Positions 43,682 to 55,051 of a stretch of DNA of 64,000 nt are shown here, one piece after another. The position numbers and the translations under genes were made by a program. The notes beneath the pieces are model-generated. The model ran no database searches and had not been told where the DNA came from. It saw only the letters and a list, made by a program, of their open reading frames with translations. The DNA is from Chloroflexota bacterium (GTDB taxonomy: Bacteria; Chloroflexota; UBA5177; JANWHV01). The stretch lies in assembly GCA_035534995.1 (NCBI GenBank), contig DATLQX010000141.1:11424-75423 (forward strand). The letters are read 5' to 3'. How positions within the stretch are numbered: the stretch's first letter is position 1; every line of letters starts with the position of its first letter.

Positions 43682-44757
43682 TCAACCAGCAACAGCGCGC
43701 GCCGCGCGTCGCCTATGCGGTCCAGCGGTGGACCACCCTCTCCTACGCATCCACCGCCGGCGCCGGGGCGCTGATTGTGGCCCTAGTCTTCGTCCCGCTC
43801 GTCCTTGGCACGAACCTGACGCAGCAGCTTACCTCCCTCCTGATCCTGGTTATCCTGGCCGTGACCTGGAATGCCCTGGCCGGCTACGGTGGCCTGATCT
43901 CGGTTGGCCAGCAAGCCTTTATCGGCCTCGGCGCTTACGGAACCATCTATCTTAATCAGCGCGGCGTGCCGCCGTATCCGGCCATGGTGTTGGCCGCGAT
44001 CGGGGCCGGAGTGATCGCGGCGCCGGTTTCGCTGCTGGTGCTCCGCTTACGGGGCGGCCAGTTCGCCATCGGCACCTGGGTAGTGGCCGAGGCTTTTGCC
44101 CTTATTGTCGTGCTCGACCAATCGCTTGGCGGTGGCACCGGCATCTCCCTCACCACCCTCGATGTGTATAGCCCGTCCGCCCGCCAGGCATACACCTATT
44201 GGCTGACCCTGGCGGTGGCCGTGATCCTTCTCGCGGCGCTCTTCTTTCTCTTGCGGAGCCGCCTTGGCACCGCCTTGCGGGCGATTCGCGATGACGAGGA
44301 GGCAGCGGCTTCGGTCGGCGTCCCGGTGATGCGGACCAAGCGCGTGCTCTTCATCCTGGCCGCGTGCGGTTGCGGTGCCGCCGGGGCCTTGACCCTGGCC
44401 AGTACGCTCTTCGTCGAGACGCAGTCGGTTTTCGGCGTGCAATGGTCGGCCTATATGATTTTCATCGTTCTGGTCGGTGGGCTCGGCACCTTCGAGGGAC
44501 CGATCCTGGGGGCGATTATCTTCTACTTTCTCCAGAACCAATTCGCCGACTACGGCGCCTGGTACCTGGTTGGACAGGGGGCCACGGCCATCGCCTTCGC
44601 CCTGTTTCTCCCCCGCGGCCTCTGGGGCACGGTCGAATCGCGGTTCCACGTCAGTCTGCTTCCGGTAGGCTATAGGCTGCGCCAGGTCGGGTCTTCCGCG
44701 GCCGGTCGGACGCCGCCACCCGAGGACCGCGGCCCGACGGGAGGGCGAGATGGCTGA
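43672..44757 (+). CDS. Branched-chain-type ABC transporter permease (LivM-like)
   Basis: NALAGYGGLISVGQQAFIGLGAY hallmark. GTG start at 43672 or 43678, overlapping the livH-like stop. Confidence 0.88.
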   Translation: MDVINQQQRAPRVAYAVQRWTTLSYASTAGAGALIVALVFVPLVLGTNLTQQLTSLLILVILAVTWNALAGYGGLISVGQQAFIGLGAYGTIYLNQRGVPPYPAMVLAAIGAGVIAAPVSLLVLRLRGGQFAIGTWVVAEAFALIVVLDQSLGGGTGISLTTLDVYSPSARQAYTYWLTLAVAVILLAALFFLLRSRLGTALRAIRDDEEAAASVGVPVMRTKRVLFILAACGCGAAGALTLASTLFVETQSVFGVQWSAYMIFIVLVGGLGTFEGPILGAIIFYFLQNQFADYGAWYLVGQGATAIAFALFLPRGLWGTVESRFHVSLLPVGYRLRQVGSSAAGRTPPPEDRGPTGGRDG

Positions 44758-45613
44758 ACTGATGTCCTTGCGCGAGGCGGTCGCGGGCCTGATTCATGAC
44801 GGGGACACGGTGGCCCTGGAAGGCTTCACCCACCTGATTCCCTTCGCGGCCGGGCTGGAGGTCATCCGCCAGCGGCGCACGGATCTCACCCTGATCCGGA
44901 TGACCCCCGACCTCATCTACGACCAGTTGATTGGGGCTGGGTGCGCCAGGCGGTTGGTCTTCTCGTGGGGCGGAAACCCTGGGATTGGTTCACTGCACCG
45001 GTTGCGCGACGCGGTGGAACATGGTTGGCCGCGCGCCCTGGAGATCGAGGAGCATAGTCACGCGGCCCTGGCGAACGCCTATGTCGCCGGTGCCTCGAAC
45101 CTTCCCTTCGCGGTATTCCGCGGTTACGCCGGTACCGACTTGCCGAAGGTAAATCCACGCATCCAGACCATTCAGTGCCCGTATACCGGCGAGCACCTGG
45201 CGGCGGTCCCCGCCGCGCGGCCGGACGTGACGGTGATCCACGCCCAACGGGCCGACCACAAGGGCAACGTATTGCTCTGGGGCATCCTGGGGGTGCAGAA
45301 GGAAGCGGTATTGGCCGCCCGCCGATCGATCGTGGTGGTCGAGGAGATCGTCGACGATCTGGAAGCCTGGCCCAATGCCTGCGTGCTGCCCGGATGGGCC
45401 CTCTCGGCCGTCTGTTGCGTACCCGGCGGCGCCCATCCGTCGTACGCGATGGGGTACTATGAGCGTGACAACCGCTTCTACCTGGCGTGGGATGCCATTG
45501 CCCGCGCCCGCGAGGATTTCCAGACGTGGGTCACCCGGCACATCCTGGAGACGAACGATTTCTCCGAGTACACACGGGTGCTGCGGGAATCGTTCAGCAA
45601 GGATCGATCCTGA
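44750..45613 (+). CDS. pcaI: CoA-transferase subunit A (3-oxoadipate:succinyl-CoA transferase by context; glutaconate-CoA-transferase-like type)
   Basis: MSLREAVAGLIHDGDTVALEGFTHLIPFAAG... The start overlaps the livM-like gene by 8 nt. It is followed by subunit B and pcaHGBDC. Confidence 0.8.
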   Translation: MAELMSLREAVAGLIHDGDTVALEGFTHLIPFAAGLEVIRQRRTDLTLIRMTPDLIYDQLIGAGCARRLVFSWGGNPGIGSLHRLRDAVEHGWPRALEIEEHSHAALANAYVAGASNLPFAVFRGYAGTDLPKVNPRIQTIQCPYTGEHLAAVPAARPDVTVIHAQRADHKGNVLLWGILGVQKEAVLAARRSIVVVEEIVDDLEAWPNACVLPGWALSAVCCVPGGAHPSYAMGYYERDNRFYLAWDAIARAREDFQTWVTRHILETNDFSEYTRVLRESFSKDRS

Positions 45614-46389
45614 TGGTTGGGCTAGGGTTCAACACAACGGAGATGATGACCGTGGCCGCGGCGCGGCGGCTGAAGAACGGTGACGTGTGCTTTGTCGGGA
45701 TCGGCCTGCCTTCCACGGCGGCGAACCTGGCCCGTCTTACCCACGCGCCCGAATTGGTACTGATCTATGAATCGGGACCGATTGGGGCCAAGCCGCGCGT
45801 CCTGCCGCTCTCCATCGGGGACGGCGAGTTAGCCGCCACCGCCGATACGGTGGTCTCCACGCCGGAGATTTTCCGCTACTGGCTGCAAGGTGGGCGGATC
45901 GCTGTAGGCTTTCTCGGGGCGGCGCAAATTGACCGCTTTGGCAATCTCAACACAACGGTGATGGGCCCGTATGATCACCCGCGGACCCGGTTACCCGGAG
46001 CCGGGGGGGCGCCCGAGATCGCGGGCTCGGCCGGGAAAGTGTTAGTCATTCTCAAGCAAACCCCCCGCGCCTTCGTGGCGCGCCTCGATTTCATTACCTC
46101 GGTGGGCTACCTGGACGGTGGCGACGCCCGCCGGCGGCTGGGCCTGGACGGGAATGGACCCGCCGCCGTCATTACCGACCTGTGCGTGCTGGAACCCGAA
46201 CCGGTGACCAAGGAATTATGCGTGACCGTCCTCCATCCAACGGTGACGCGCCGGCAGGTAGAGGAGGCAACCGGCTGGCCCATCCGCTTTGCCGAGCCGG
46301 TGGGCGAAGCGGCGCCCCCAACCCAGGCTGAACTCGATGCATTACGCGATCTACTGGCGCGTACGACGGCGGCTCACGACAACTCATAA
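45613..46389 (+). CDS. pcaJ: CoA-transferase subunit B
   Basis: MVGLGFNTTEMMTVAAARRLKNGDVCFVGIGLPS...QIDRFGNLNTT. The ATG overlaps the pcaI stop (TGATG). The longer track ORF is an out-of-context extension. Confidence 0.8.
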   Translation: MVGLGFNTTEMMTVAAARRLKNGDVCFVGIGLPSTAANLARLTHAPELVLIYESGPIGAKPRVLPLSIGDGELAATADTVVSTPEIFRYWLQGGRIAVGFLGAAQIDRFGNLNTTVMGPYDHPRTRLPGAGGAPEIAGSAGKVLVILKQTPRAFVARLDFITSVGYLDGGDARRRLGLDGNGPAAVITDLCVLEPEPVTKELCVTVLHPTVTRRQVEEATGWPIRFAEPVGEAAPPTQAELDALRDLLARTTAAHDNS

Positions 46390-46404
46390 TGGGAGGTGGA
46401 TCTG

Positions 46405-47106
46405 GTGGACATTCAGGGGTATCGGCGCCCAGCACCCGGCACCCAGCCGGCATATCTGCATCCTCCCTACGCCTCGACCGCGAAGCGGGCGCCGACCAAA
46501 CCGCTGATTCTGTTGCCCCACACGCTGTCGGAAGTTACGGGGCCAGTGTTCGGTCACGAGCGGATTGGGCCAAATGATCATGATCTGACCCGCCAGCATG
46601 AAGGTGAACCGATCGGCGAGCGGATCATCGTCAGTGGCCGGGTGCTGGACGAGGATAACCGTCCCGTGCCCGAGGCGCTGATCGAACTCTGGCAGTGCAA
46701 CGCGGCGGGCCGCTACCGGCACAAAAACGATACCCATGGGGCGCCGCTTGATCCCAACTTTACCGGATGCGGCCGTTTGCTGACCGACCGAGAGGGCCGC
46801 TACCAGTTCGTGACGATCAAGCCAGGCGCCTATCCTTGGCGGAATCACCTCAACGCCTGGCGGCCGGCGCATCTCCACTTCTCGCTTTTCGGGGCCGGCC
46901 TTTTGAGCCGATTGGTGACCCAGATGTATTTTCCCGGCGACCCACTTTTGCCCTACGATCCGATCTTCACCAGCATACCGGAGGAACAGGCGCGCAATCG
47001 CCTGGTTTCCACCTTTGATTGGCATACCACCGAACCCGAGCATGCCCTGGGCTATCGCTTCGACATTATCCTGCGGGGCCGCGAGGCCACGCCAATGGAG
47101 CCCTGA
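46405..47106 (+). CDS. pcaH: Protocatechuate 3,4-dioxygenase beta subunit
   Basis: ELWQCNAAGRYRHKND...FTGCGRLLTDREGRYQFVTIKPGAYPWRNHLNAWRPAHLHFSLFG. The GTG at 46405 lies 8 nt after GGGAGG. Confidence 0.92.
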   Translation: MDIQGYRRPAPGTQPAYLHPPYASTAKRAPTKPLILLPHTLSEVTGPVFGHERIGPNDHDLTRQHEGEPIGERIIVSGRVLDEDNRPVPEALIELWQCNAAGRYRHKNDTHGAPLDPNFTGCGRLLTDREGRYQFVTIKPGAYPWRNHLNAWRPAHLHFSLFGAGLLSRLVTQMYFPGDPLLPYDPIFTSIPEEQARNRLVSTFDWHTTEPEHALGYRFDIILRGREATPMEP

Positions 47107-47116
47107 GGTGGATGCC

Positions 47117-47680
47117 ATGCGGGCGACCGCGTCGCATACCGTGGGGCCATTCTTTCATCTTGGCCTGGACGCGCTCACGATGACAGACCTGGCCGGTCCA
47201 GAAGTACAGGGCGAACTGGTCACCATTCAGGGACAGGTGCTGGACGGCGACCGCCTGCCGGTTAGCGACGCGCTGATCGAGATCTGGCAGGCCGACAGTC
47301 GCGGTTTTTACGCCCATCCCGAGGATAGTCGCTCCGGTCCCGGTCCACACGATTTCACGGGTTTTGGCCGGATCCCCACCGGCGCGGACGGCACATTCTC
47401 GTTCACCACGATCAAACCCGGTTCGGTTCCTGGGCCGGGAAGTAAGCCGCAAGCACCGCACCTTGTCGCGCTCGTGTTCATGCGCGGCCTGCTCAAACAC
47501 CTTCTCACCCGCCTATACTTTCCGGGAGATCCATTGAACGAGGCGGATCCGATCCTGGCGCTTGTGCCGCCCGAACGCCGACACACCCTGATCGCTCAGC
47601 CCCTGGATGGAAATATTCAGGTACTGCGATGGAACATCATCTTGCAGGGTCCGGGTGAAACTGTCTTTTTTGACTATTAG
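47117..47680 (+). CDS. pcaG: Protocatechuate 3,4-dioxygenase alpha subunit
   Basis: TASHTVGPFFHLGL...IEIWQADSRGFYAHP...FTGFGRIPTGADGTFSFTTIKPG...APHLVALVFMRGLLKHLLTRLYFP. Confidence 0.92.
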   Translation: MRATASHTVGPFFHLGLDALTMTDLAGPEVQGELVTIQGQVLDGDRLPVSDALIEIWQADSRGFYAHPEDSRSGPGPHDFTGFGRIPTGADGTFSFTTIKPGSVPGPGSKPQAPHLVALVFMRGLLKHLLTRLYFPGDPLNEADPILALVPPERRHTLIAQPLDGNIQVLRWNIILQGPGETVFFDY

Positions 47681-47734
47681 CCAATCTGTCCACTCTGAAC
47701 TCGCGCATAATCGGTTGGCCCTGTTTGATGTGTT

Positions 47735-47757
47735 GTAAGGGCACCGGGTACCCCTAC
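47735..47757 (+). repeat. Degenerate minimal copy of the GTAGGGGCACC...GGTGCCCCTAC element
   Basis: gtaagggcaccgggtacccctac in the pcaG-pcaB spacer. Each half differs by 1 nt from the termini of the 55052-55117 element. Confidence 0.35.
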
Positions 47758-47787
47758 TCCGCAAAAACTCTAGCAAGGGGAATCGCC

Positions 47788-49173
47788 ATGAGCCCACCCA
47801 GTATGCCGCGCCTCCTGGAGCCGCTCTTCAGCACGGATCGGATGCGGCATGTCCTTGCCGATAGGGGGCGGCTCCAGGCTATGCTCGACTTCGAGGCGGC
47901 CCTGGCGCGGGCGGAGGCGCGCATGGATGTGATTCCCGCCTCGGCGGCAACGGCGATCGCGGCTCAGTGTCGCACCGAGTTCTACGATATGGCGGCCATG
48001 GCCGAGGAGGTGACGATCGCCGGGAATCTGGCGATCCCCATGGTGAAGGCACTTACCGCCCTGGTAGCTCCAACCGACCAGCAGGCGGCGGGGTTCGTAC
48101 ATTGGGGCGCCACCAGCCAGGATGCCATCGATACTGGCCTGGTACTGCAATTGCGCGAAGTCCTCACGGTGATCCAGGAAGATCTGGCCCGGCTCGCCGC
48201 CGGCCTGGGGCGCCTCGCCGCGACGCACGCGCGGACACCCCTGGCCGGGCGAACCTGGATGCAACAGGCGGCGCCGGTGACCTTCGGTCTCAAGGCGGCG
48301 GGCTGGCTCGACGCGATTGGCCGCCACCGCGCGCGCCTGGGCGAAACGCGAGCTCGCGTTCTCACCCTTCAGTTCGGCGGGGCCGCCGGCACGCTTGCTG
48401 CTCTGGGAAGCCAGGGTATGGCCGTCGCGTCCGCCCTGGCCGAGGACTTATCCTTGACCTTGCCCGATCTACCGTGGCATGCCCAACGCGATCGGGTGGC
48501 GGAGGTGGCGACCACGCTCGGCTTGCTGGTGGGGACGCTCGGCAAGGTGGCGCGCGATCTATCGCTGCTAATGCAGACCGAGGTGGGCGAGGCGTTCGAG
48601 CCGGCAGGCTTGGGGCGCGGCGGATCCTCCTCGATGCCCCACAAGCGCAACCCGGTGGGGTCCGTGGTCGTGCTGGCGGCCGCGCTCCGAGTGCCGCCGT
48701 TGGTCGCCACCATGTTGACCGCGATGGGCCAGGAACATGAGCGGGGCCTGGGCGGCTGGCACGCCGAATGGGAGACCCTACCCGAGATCTGCTTGCTCAC
48801 CTCGGGGGCGTTGGCGCATCTGATCCAGATAGCGGAGGGCCTGGAAATCGACGCGGCGCGGATGCGCGCGAATCTCGATCAGACACAGGGCCTGGTGATG
48901 TCGGAGGCAGTGACCATGGCCCTGGCAAGGCATTTCGGCCGGACCACCGCGCGCCGTTTGGTCGAGGAGGCGATTGGCCGCGCGCGACAGTCGGGCCAGG
49001 GGCTGCGAGACAGCCTGGAGAGCGAGCCCCAGGTTGCCGCGCACTTCTCCAGCGTTGACCTGGATCAAATGTTTGAGCCGCTGAACTACCTGGGATGCGC
49101 CGAACTATTCGTGGCCCGGGCCCTGGCGACCCATGCCGCCGGCCATTCGTCCGAAGCAGAGGGAATAACCTGA
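47788..49173 (+). CDS. pcaB: 3-carboxy-cis,cis-muconate cycloisomerase
   Basis: Fumarate-lyase superfamily signature GSSSMPHKRNP, with the N-terminus LFSTDRMRHVLADRGRLQAMLDFEAALARAEA. pca context. Confidence 0.9.
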   Translation: MSPPSMPRLLEPLFSTDRMRHVLADRGRLQAMLDFEAALARAEARMDVIPASAATAIAAQCRTEFYDMAAMAEEVTIAGNLAIPMVKALTALVAPTDQQAAGFVHWGATSQDAIDTGLVLQLREVLTVIQEDLARLAAGLGRLAATHARTPLAGRTWMQQAAPVTFGLKAAGWLDAIGRHRARLGETRARVLTLQFGGAAGTLAALGSQGMAVASALAEDLSLTLPDLPWHAQRDRVAEVATTLGLLVGTLGKVARDLSLLMQTEVGEAFEPAGLGRGGSSSMPHKRNPVGSVVVLAAALRVPPLVATMLTAMGQEHERGLGGWHAEWETLPEICLLTSGALAHLIQIAEGLEIDAARMRANLDQTQGLVMSEAVTMALARHFGRTTARRLVEEAIGRARQSGQGLRDSLESEPQVAAHFSSVDLDQMFEPLNYLGCAELFVARALATHAAGHSSEAEGIT

Positions 49174-49174
49174 C

Positions 49175-49954
49175 ATGCCCATCATTGAGCTACCCGGGGG
49201 GAGGCTGCATTACAGGTTGGAGGGTCCGTATGACGCATCCACTCTGGTGCTCTCGAACTCGCTGGGCACGGACATGTCGATGTGGGAGCCGCAAATCCCT
49301 CTCCTCGCGCGCCATCTTCGTGTCCTCCGCTATGACACTCGTGGCCACGGTGATTCCGAGGTCACCGCGGCCGGCGAAACGCTTGCCGGCCATGGTCAAG
49401 ACGTGATCGAACTGTTGCATGACCTTGGAATTGAACGCGCCCACTTTTGCGGTCTGTCCATGGGCGGGATGGTCGGGATGTGGCTGGCAGCGCGCGCTCC
49501 GGAGTGCATAGACAGATTGGTGCTCTGCAACACGGCCGCTCGCATCGGCACGCCCGCGCTGTGGGACGCACGGATCGCGGCGATTCGCGCCGGGGGCATG
49601 GCCGCGGTCGTGCCGGCGGTGATGGCGCGTTTCTTTTCTCCCGCCTATCTCGCGAGGGGATCGGAGGCGGTTGATCGGGTGCGGCGGGGGCTGGAGGCCA
49701 CGTCCGTGGATGGCTACATTGCCTGTTGCGTGGCGATTCGCGACGCGGACCTGAGCGCCGACTTGAAGTCCGTGCGGACTCCCACTCTGGTGCTCGCGGG
49801 CACCCATGACCTCGCCGCCCCACCGGAGGAGGAACAAGCGCTGGCCAGGGCGATTGAGGGCGCGCGCTATAGTGAATTGGACGCGGCGCATTTATCCAAT
49901 ATCGAGGCGCCGGAACGGTTCACGGAGGCCGTGCTGGGGTTCCTGAAGCAGTAG
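49175..49954 (+). CDS. pcaD: 3-oxoadipate enol-lactonase (alpha/beta hydrolase)
   Basis: LVLSNSLGTDMSMWEPQ...RYDTRGHGDS...GLSMGG nucleophile elbow. pca context. Confidence 0.88.
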   Translation: MPIIELPGGRLHYRLEGPYDASTLVLSNSLGTDMSMWEPQIPLLARHLRVLRYDTRGHGDSEVTAAGETLAGHGQDVIELLHDLGIERAHFCGLSMGGMVGMWLAARAPECIDRLVLCNTAARIGTPALWDARIAAIRAGGMAAVVPAVMARFFSPAYLARGSEAVDRVRRGLEATSVDGYIACCVAIRDADLSADLKSVRTPTLVLAGTHDLAAPPEEEQALARAIEGARYSELDAAHLSNIEAPERFTEAVLGFLKQ

Positions 49955-49957
49955 GAG

Positions 49958-50353
49958 ATGAGGGCCATGGACGAGGCCGACCAGCAGGCGATGGGGATGA
50001 AGATACGACGCGAGGTGCTCGGCGACGAGTATGTGGCCCGGGCGCGCAAGAACACGAGCGCCTTCACCGAAGACTTTCAAGACCTGATTACGCGCTACGC
50101 CTGGGGGGAGATCTGGTCCCGCCCTGGCTTGTCCCGGCACACCCGCAGCCTCTTGACCCTGGCCATGACGGTAGCCGGGAATCATCAAGAGGAGTTTCGT
50201 CTTCATGTAGGCGCGGCGGCCAACAATGGGGTGACGATGGACGAAATCAAGGAAGTGCTGTTGCAGTGCGCGATTTACTGCGGCGTTCCGGCCGCGAACT
50301 CCGCCTTCCGTGCCGCCGCCGAGGTGCTGGCCGAGGCCGAAGGCGGCAGCTAG
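49958..50353 (+). CDS. pcaC: 4-carboxymuconolactone decarboxylase
   Basis: GMKIRREVLGDEYV...ITRYAWGEIWSRPGLSRHTRSLLTLAM...NNGVTMDEIKEVLLQCAIYCGVPAAN. Alternative ATG at 49967. Confidence 0.9.
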   Translation: MRAMDEADQQAMGMKIRREVLGDEYVARARKNTSAFTEDFQDLITRYAWGEIWSRPGLSRHTRSLLTLAMTVAGNHQEEFRLHVGAAANNGVTMDEIKEVLLQCAIYCGVPAANSAFRAAAEVLAEAEGGS

Positions 50354-51568
<1,215 letters not shown>

Positions 51569-51676
51569 AGGCTCCGACCGGGCATGCTATCCTGAAGTCA
51601 GGCTGCGCCAGGCGGGCTCTGGTGAGGTCGGATCAAGCCTGCTGCCCACCCATCGCTTGCCTGGAGGAGAGAGACC

Positions 51677-52942
51677 ATGCCCGCCCGGCCTTCCAGCGCG
51701 CGGCCACATCCCAGGCTTGGCCGGCGCGTCACGGCGTATGCGCTCAGTTTCACCGGATTGACCGACAACGCGCGACGCCTGTTGGTTGGGGCGACCAGCC
51801 TCTGGGTCGGGATCGGCGTGTTCGGCGTCCTGTTTAACCTCTATCTAATCGCCCTCGGCTACAGCGTGGCCTTTGTCGGCTTGCTTGCCGCCCTTTCGAC
51901 CGTGGGGCAGGCAGCGGTCTCCCTCGTTCTTGCTCCCTTGCTACGTAGCTGGCCGACCCGCACGGTGATGGCCTCGGCCACTGCTTTGGTGACAGTGACC
52001 ATGGCCGCCTCCGCTCTCTTCACCGCCGCGCCGGCCCTGATTGTCCTGACCTTCCTCCAGGGGGCGGCGATCGCGGCGGCCAGCATTCCCTCATCGCCCT
52101 TCATCATGGAGCAGGCACCAGTGGATCGGCGGGCGCACCTGTTCTCGGCGTACATGGCTTCAACCAACTTCGGCTCCATGGCCGGCTCCTTGATCAGCGG
52201 GGTGATCCCGACCATCGGCGCCATCCTCCCCGTGCTCCGCGGCCATGTGGTGGTCCAGGACCGCTTCGGGCTGCTCCTTGGGGCCGCGATTACGATTGTG
52301 GGGATCGTGTCACTCTGGCGGATCACCGGCGAACGGGCGCCGGAGGACAGCGACTCCGCCGGTACGCGCGCCGCGTTCGGCGTGCCGGTCGACGAGGAGG
52401 CGCGGCAGGGAGACGTGCGGGCCATGATGGCGGCGACCGCGTGCATCGCCCTGGCCCTTGGCGCCGTGTATCCCCTCTTCAACGTCTATTTTTCCACCGT
52501 ACACCATGCATCAACGGCGACTATCGGCCTCCTGTACGCGGTGTCGGGGGTGCTATGCACCGCCGGTTCCTTTCTGGGCCCGGTGGTGGCTCGGTCTGGG
52601 GCACTCCCGGGACTGGTCGCGACGCGGGCGCTCACGGCGCCGATCCTCTTACTCTTCTGGCTTCACCCGTCGCTGGCGCTGGTGTTCGCGGCCTATATTG
52701 GCCGCAATATTCTTGGTCAGATTACAGGCACGCTGGAGAACGCATTCACCATGGAAAGGGTATCGGCGGACATGCGCGCCGGGGTGGCTAACTGGCGGAC
52801 CTTCGCCTTTAACGCGGGATGGACCGTCGCCTCACTTGCCGCCGGGGCGATTGTCTCCCGCTACGGCTTCGATCCGGTCTTCGTGGCGAGCGCCGCTCTG
52901 ACGGCGGCAGGGGTTCTCATCTGGTATCGACGCTTTGGCTAG
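51677..52942 (+). CDS. MFS transporter
   Basis: 421 aa with approx 12 predicted TM segments. Substrate unknown. Follows pobA after a 108-nt gap. Confidence 0.75.
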   Translation: MPARPSSARPHPRLGRRVTAYALSFTGLTDNARRLLVGATSLWVGIGVFGVLFNLYLIALGYSVAFVGLLAALSTVGQAAVSLVLAPLLRSWPTRTVMASATALVTVTMAASALFTAAPALIVLTFLQGAAIAAASIPSSPFIMEQAPVDRRAHLFSAYMASTNFGSMAGSLISGVIPTIGAILPVLRGHVVVQDRFGLLLGAAITIVGIVSLWRITGERAPEDSDSAGTRAAFGVPVDEEARQGDVRAMMAATACIALALGAVYPLFNVYFSTVHHASTATIGLLYAVSGVLCTAGSFLGPVVARSGALPGLVATRALTAPILLLFWLHPSLALVFAAYIGRNILGQITGTLENAFTMERVSADMRAGVANWRTFAFNAGWTVASLAAGAIVSRYGFDPVFVASAALTAAGVLIWYRRFG

Positions 52943-53273
52943 AGGCCGCCATTTCGGACAGCCGGCGCTGTAAGAAGTGGCGCTCGACCGTGTTGCGGCA
53001 CAACTCCAGAGCCCGGCCGTACGCGGCCATCGCCTCCTCCCATCGCCCCGCGCGCCTGAGGAGGTCGATTGCCTTCCGCCGGCCCACGCTATTGAGCCAG
53101 GCGGCGGGATTGTGCGGAACCCCAGCCGAGGGCCACGTTTGCAAGGCGGCGACGCAGGCATCTTGCAGGGCGTCCTCGGCCAGGGTGAAGTCACCTGTCT
53201 GGGCGATGAGTGAGGCCAGGATGCGCCCGGACTCCTGGCGGAAGACCTCGTCCACCACCTGATCGACGTTCAT
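52917..53273 (-). pseudogene. Internally collapsed ECF-type sigma factor remnant (region 2 joined directly to the extreme C-terminal tail)
   Basis: VFRQESGRILASLIAQTGDFTLAEDALQDACVAALQTWP..GVPHNPAAWLNSVGRRKAIDLLRR is followed directly by GRWEEAMAAYGRALELCRNTVERHFLQRRLSEM. Region 4 and about 300 aa of the usual approx 400-aa family are absent. Confidence 0.55.
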
Positions 53274-53387
53274 GGTAGGTCCATCCTTCTTGCCAAAATA
53301 GTGCCTGTGCAGGCATCTACGGCTGTTGTACACTCCTGAGGGCGGTTTTGGTGACTCGCAAGGAAGCGATATTCAGACGGAGGCGGT

Positions 53388-55022
53388 ATGAGGCGACGCG
53401 GACAAGCAATGGGCGCACTTGTGCTCTCATCATTCCTGGTCTTGAGTGGAAGCGGGGTAAACGGCTGGATTGGGTCGCACGCGCAGGCGGCGAGCAGCAA
53501 CAGCAGTCTAATTTTTGGTTCGACCGAGGAGCCGGACACCCTCAACCCGCTAATCTCCGGCTTGCAGGTAACTGGCGACGTGGCGAGCGCTGTATTCGAT
53601 ACGCTGATAAACTACGATACACATAACAATGTATACCCCGTCCTTGCTACCTCGGTAGCCCACAGCGCCGATGGCCGCACCTGGACCTTTCACCTCCGCC
53701 ATGGGGTAAAGTGGGCTGACGGCCAGCCGTTCACCAGCGCCGACGTGGCCTATACCTACGGCGCGATCTTCAGCAAGAAAAACAACATCATCTCAACCCA
53801 GGGCTGGGATCAAATCGACAAGTTCACCACGCCTGATGCCTACACGGTGGTGATGCACCTGAAGCAGGTCTTTGCCCCCTTCCTCAGCTATGTCGGCCCG
53901 ACCGATATCCTCCCCAAGCACATCTATGACCAGCCGGGAGTTGATTTCAACAAGGCGGCCTTTGATCGGAAGCCGTTTGGTACCGGTCCTTACATGGTCA
54001 GCGAATGGAAGACCGGCGACCATATTACCCTGGTCCCAAATCCCTATTCCTGGCGGGGTCAGCCGCACATCAAGAAGATCGTCTTTAAGATCGTGCCGAA
54101 TAATAATACGGAGTACGTCCAGCTTCGCACCGGCGACCTTGACGTGGGTGCGGTGAACGCCGCCGTGGCGGACGAAGTCAGCCACTCGCCAATCCAGGGT
54201 AAGCAGGTGCTGGTCTCCGACAACAATGCCTGGTACCATATCGACCTCAAGCAGTGGGGCTTTCTGCGGGAGACGGCGGTCCGCCAGGCGCTTGACTACG
54301 CGACTCCCAAAGCGGCGTTGCTGAAGGGCATTTTGAAGGGGCATGGCCAACTCGCCTACGCCGACATTGACCCGACCTTCACCCAGTACTACAATCCGCA
54401 TCTGCCGGCCCACCCCTACAGCCTGAGCAAGGCGTCGGCCCTCCTGGCGGGAGATGGCTTCACCAAGGGTCCGGGTGGGGTGTTGCAAAAGAACGGGCAG
54501 CCGCTGGCCATTGATTTCTGGATCGGAACCAGTGACGACAACGGCCAGAAGATCGCCCCTATCTTGAAGAATCTCTGGGGAAAAATTGGGATTCAGGTCA
54601 CCATTCACTCGCAGAGCTTCACCACCATCTTTGGTCCCACCGGGCCGACCTACACGAAAGCCATGACCGGCATCTTTTATGCCTGGTTCAATGGGAACGA
54701 TCCGGATGACACCCAATACTGGAACAGCTCCCAGATCCCTACCAGCCCCACCAGCCCTGGCAACAACTCGCTTGGCTACTTCCACCAGTTCAGTTTCCAG
54801 AAACAGATCGACCAACTCACCAACGCGGGCACGGCGACCACGGATCCGGCCAAACGGCGCTCGGCATACTTCCAGATCCAGGATCTCCTGGCTACCCAGG
54901 TTCCAGTGATCTTCCTCTTCTGGTTGCCCGGCTACACCGTGATTCCGGCCAATCTGCACGGCATCGCGCCAAACCCCTTCGCGCACGAGTTCTATAACGT
55001 CGCGCAGTGGAATCTGAGCTAG
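53388..55022 (+). CDS. ABC transporter substrate-binding protein, family 5 (peptide/nickel type)
   Basis: 544 aa with a signal peptide. LIFGSTEEPDTLNPL..., KWADGQPFTSADV, FGTGPYMVSEW. Permeases follow. Confidence 0.85.
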   Translation: MRRRGQAMGALVLSSFLVLSGSGVNGWIGSHAQAASSNSSLIFGSTEEPDTLNPLISGLQVTGDVASAVFDTLINYDTHNNVYPVLATSVAHSADGRTWTFHLRHGVKWADGQPFTSADVAYTYGAIFSKKNNIISTQGWDQIDKFTTPDAYTVVMHLKQVFAPFLSYVGPTDILPKHIYDQPGVDFNKAAFDRKPFGTGPYMVSEWKTGDHITLVPNPYSWRGQPHIKKIVFKIVPNNNTEYVQLRTGDLDVGAVNAAVADEVSHSPIQGKQVLVSDNNAWYHIDLKQWGFLRETAVRQALDYATPKAALLKGILKGHGQLAYADIDPTFTQYYNPHLPAHPYSLSKASALLAGDGFTKGPGGVLQKNGQPLAIDFWIGTSDDNGQKIAPILKNLWGKIGIQVTIHSQSFTTIFGPTGPTYTKAMTGIFYAWFNGNDPDDTQYWNSSQIPTSPTSPGNNSLGYFHQFSFQKQIDQLTNAGTATTDPAKRRSAYFQIQDLLATQVPVIFLFWLPGYTVIPANLHGIAPNPFAHEFYNVAQWNLS

Positions 55023-55051
55023 CACCCTGGCCGAAATAGTCTTGCGGTTCC

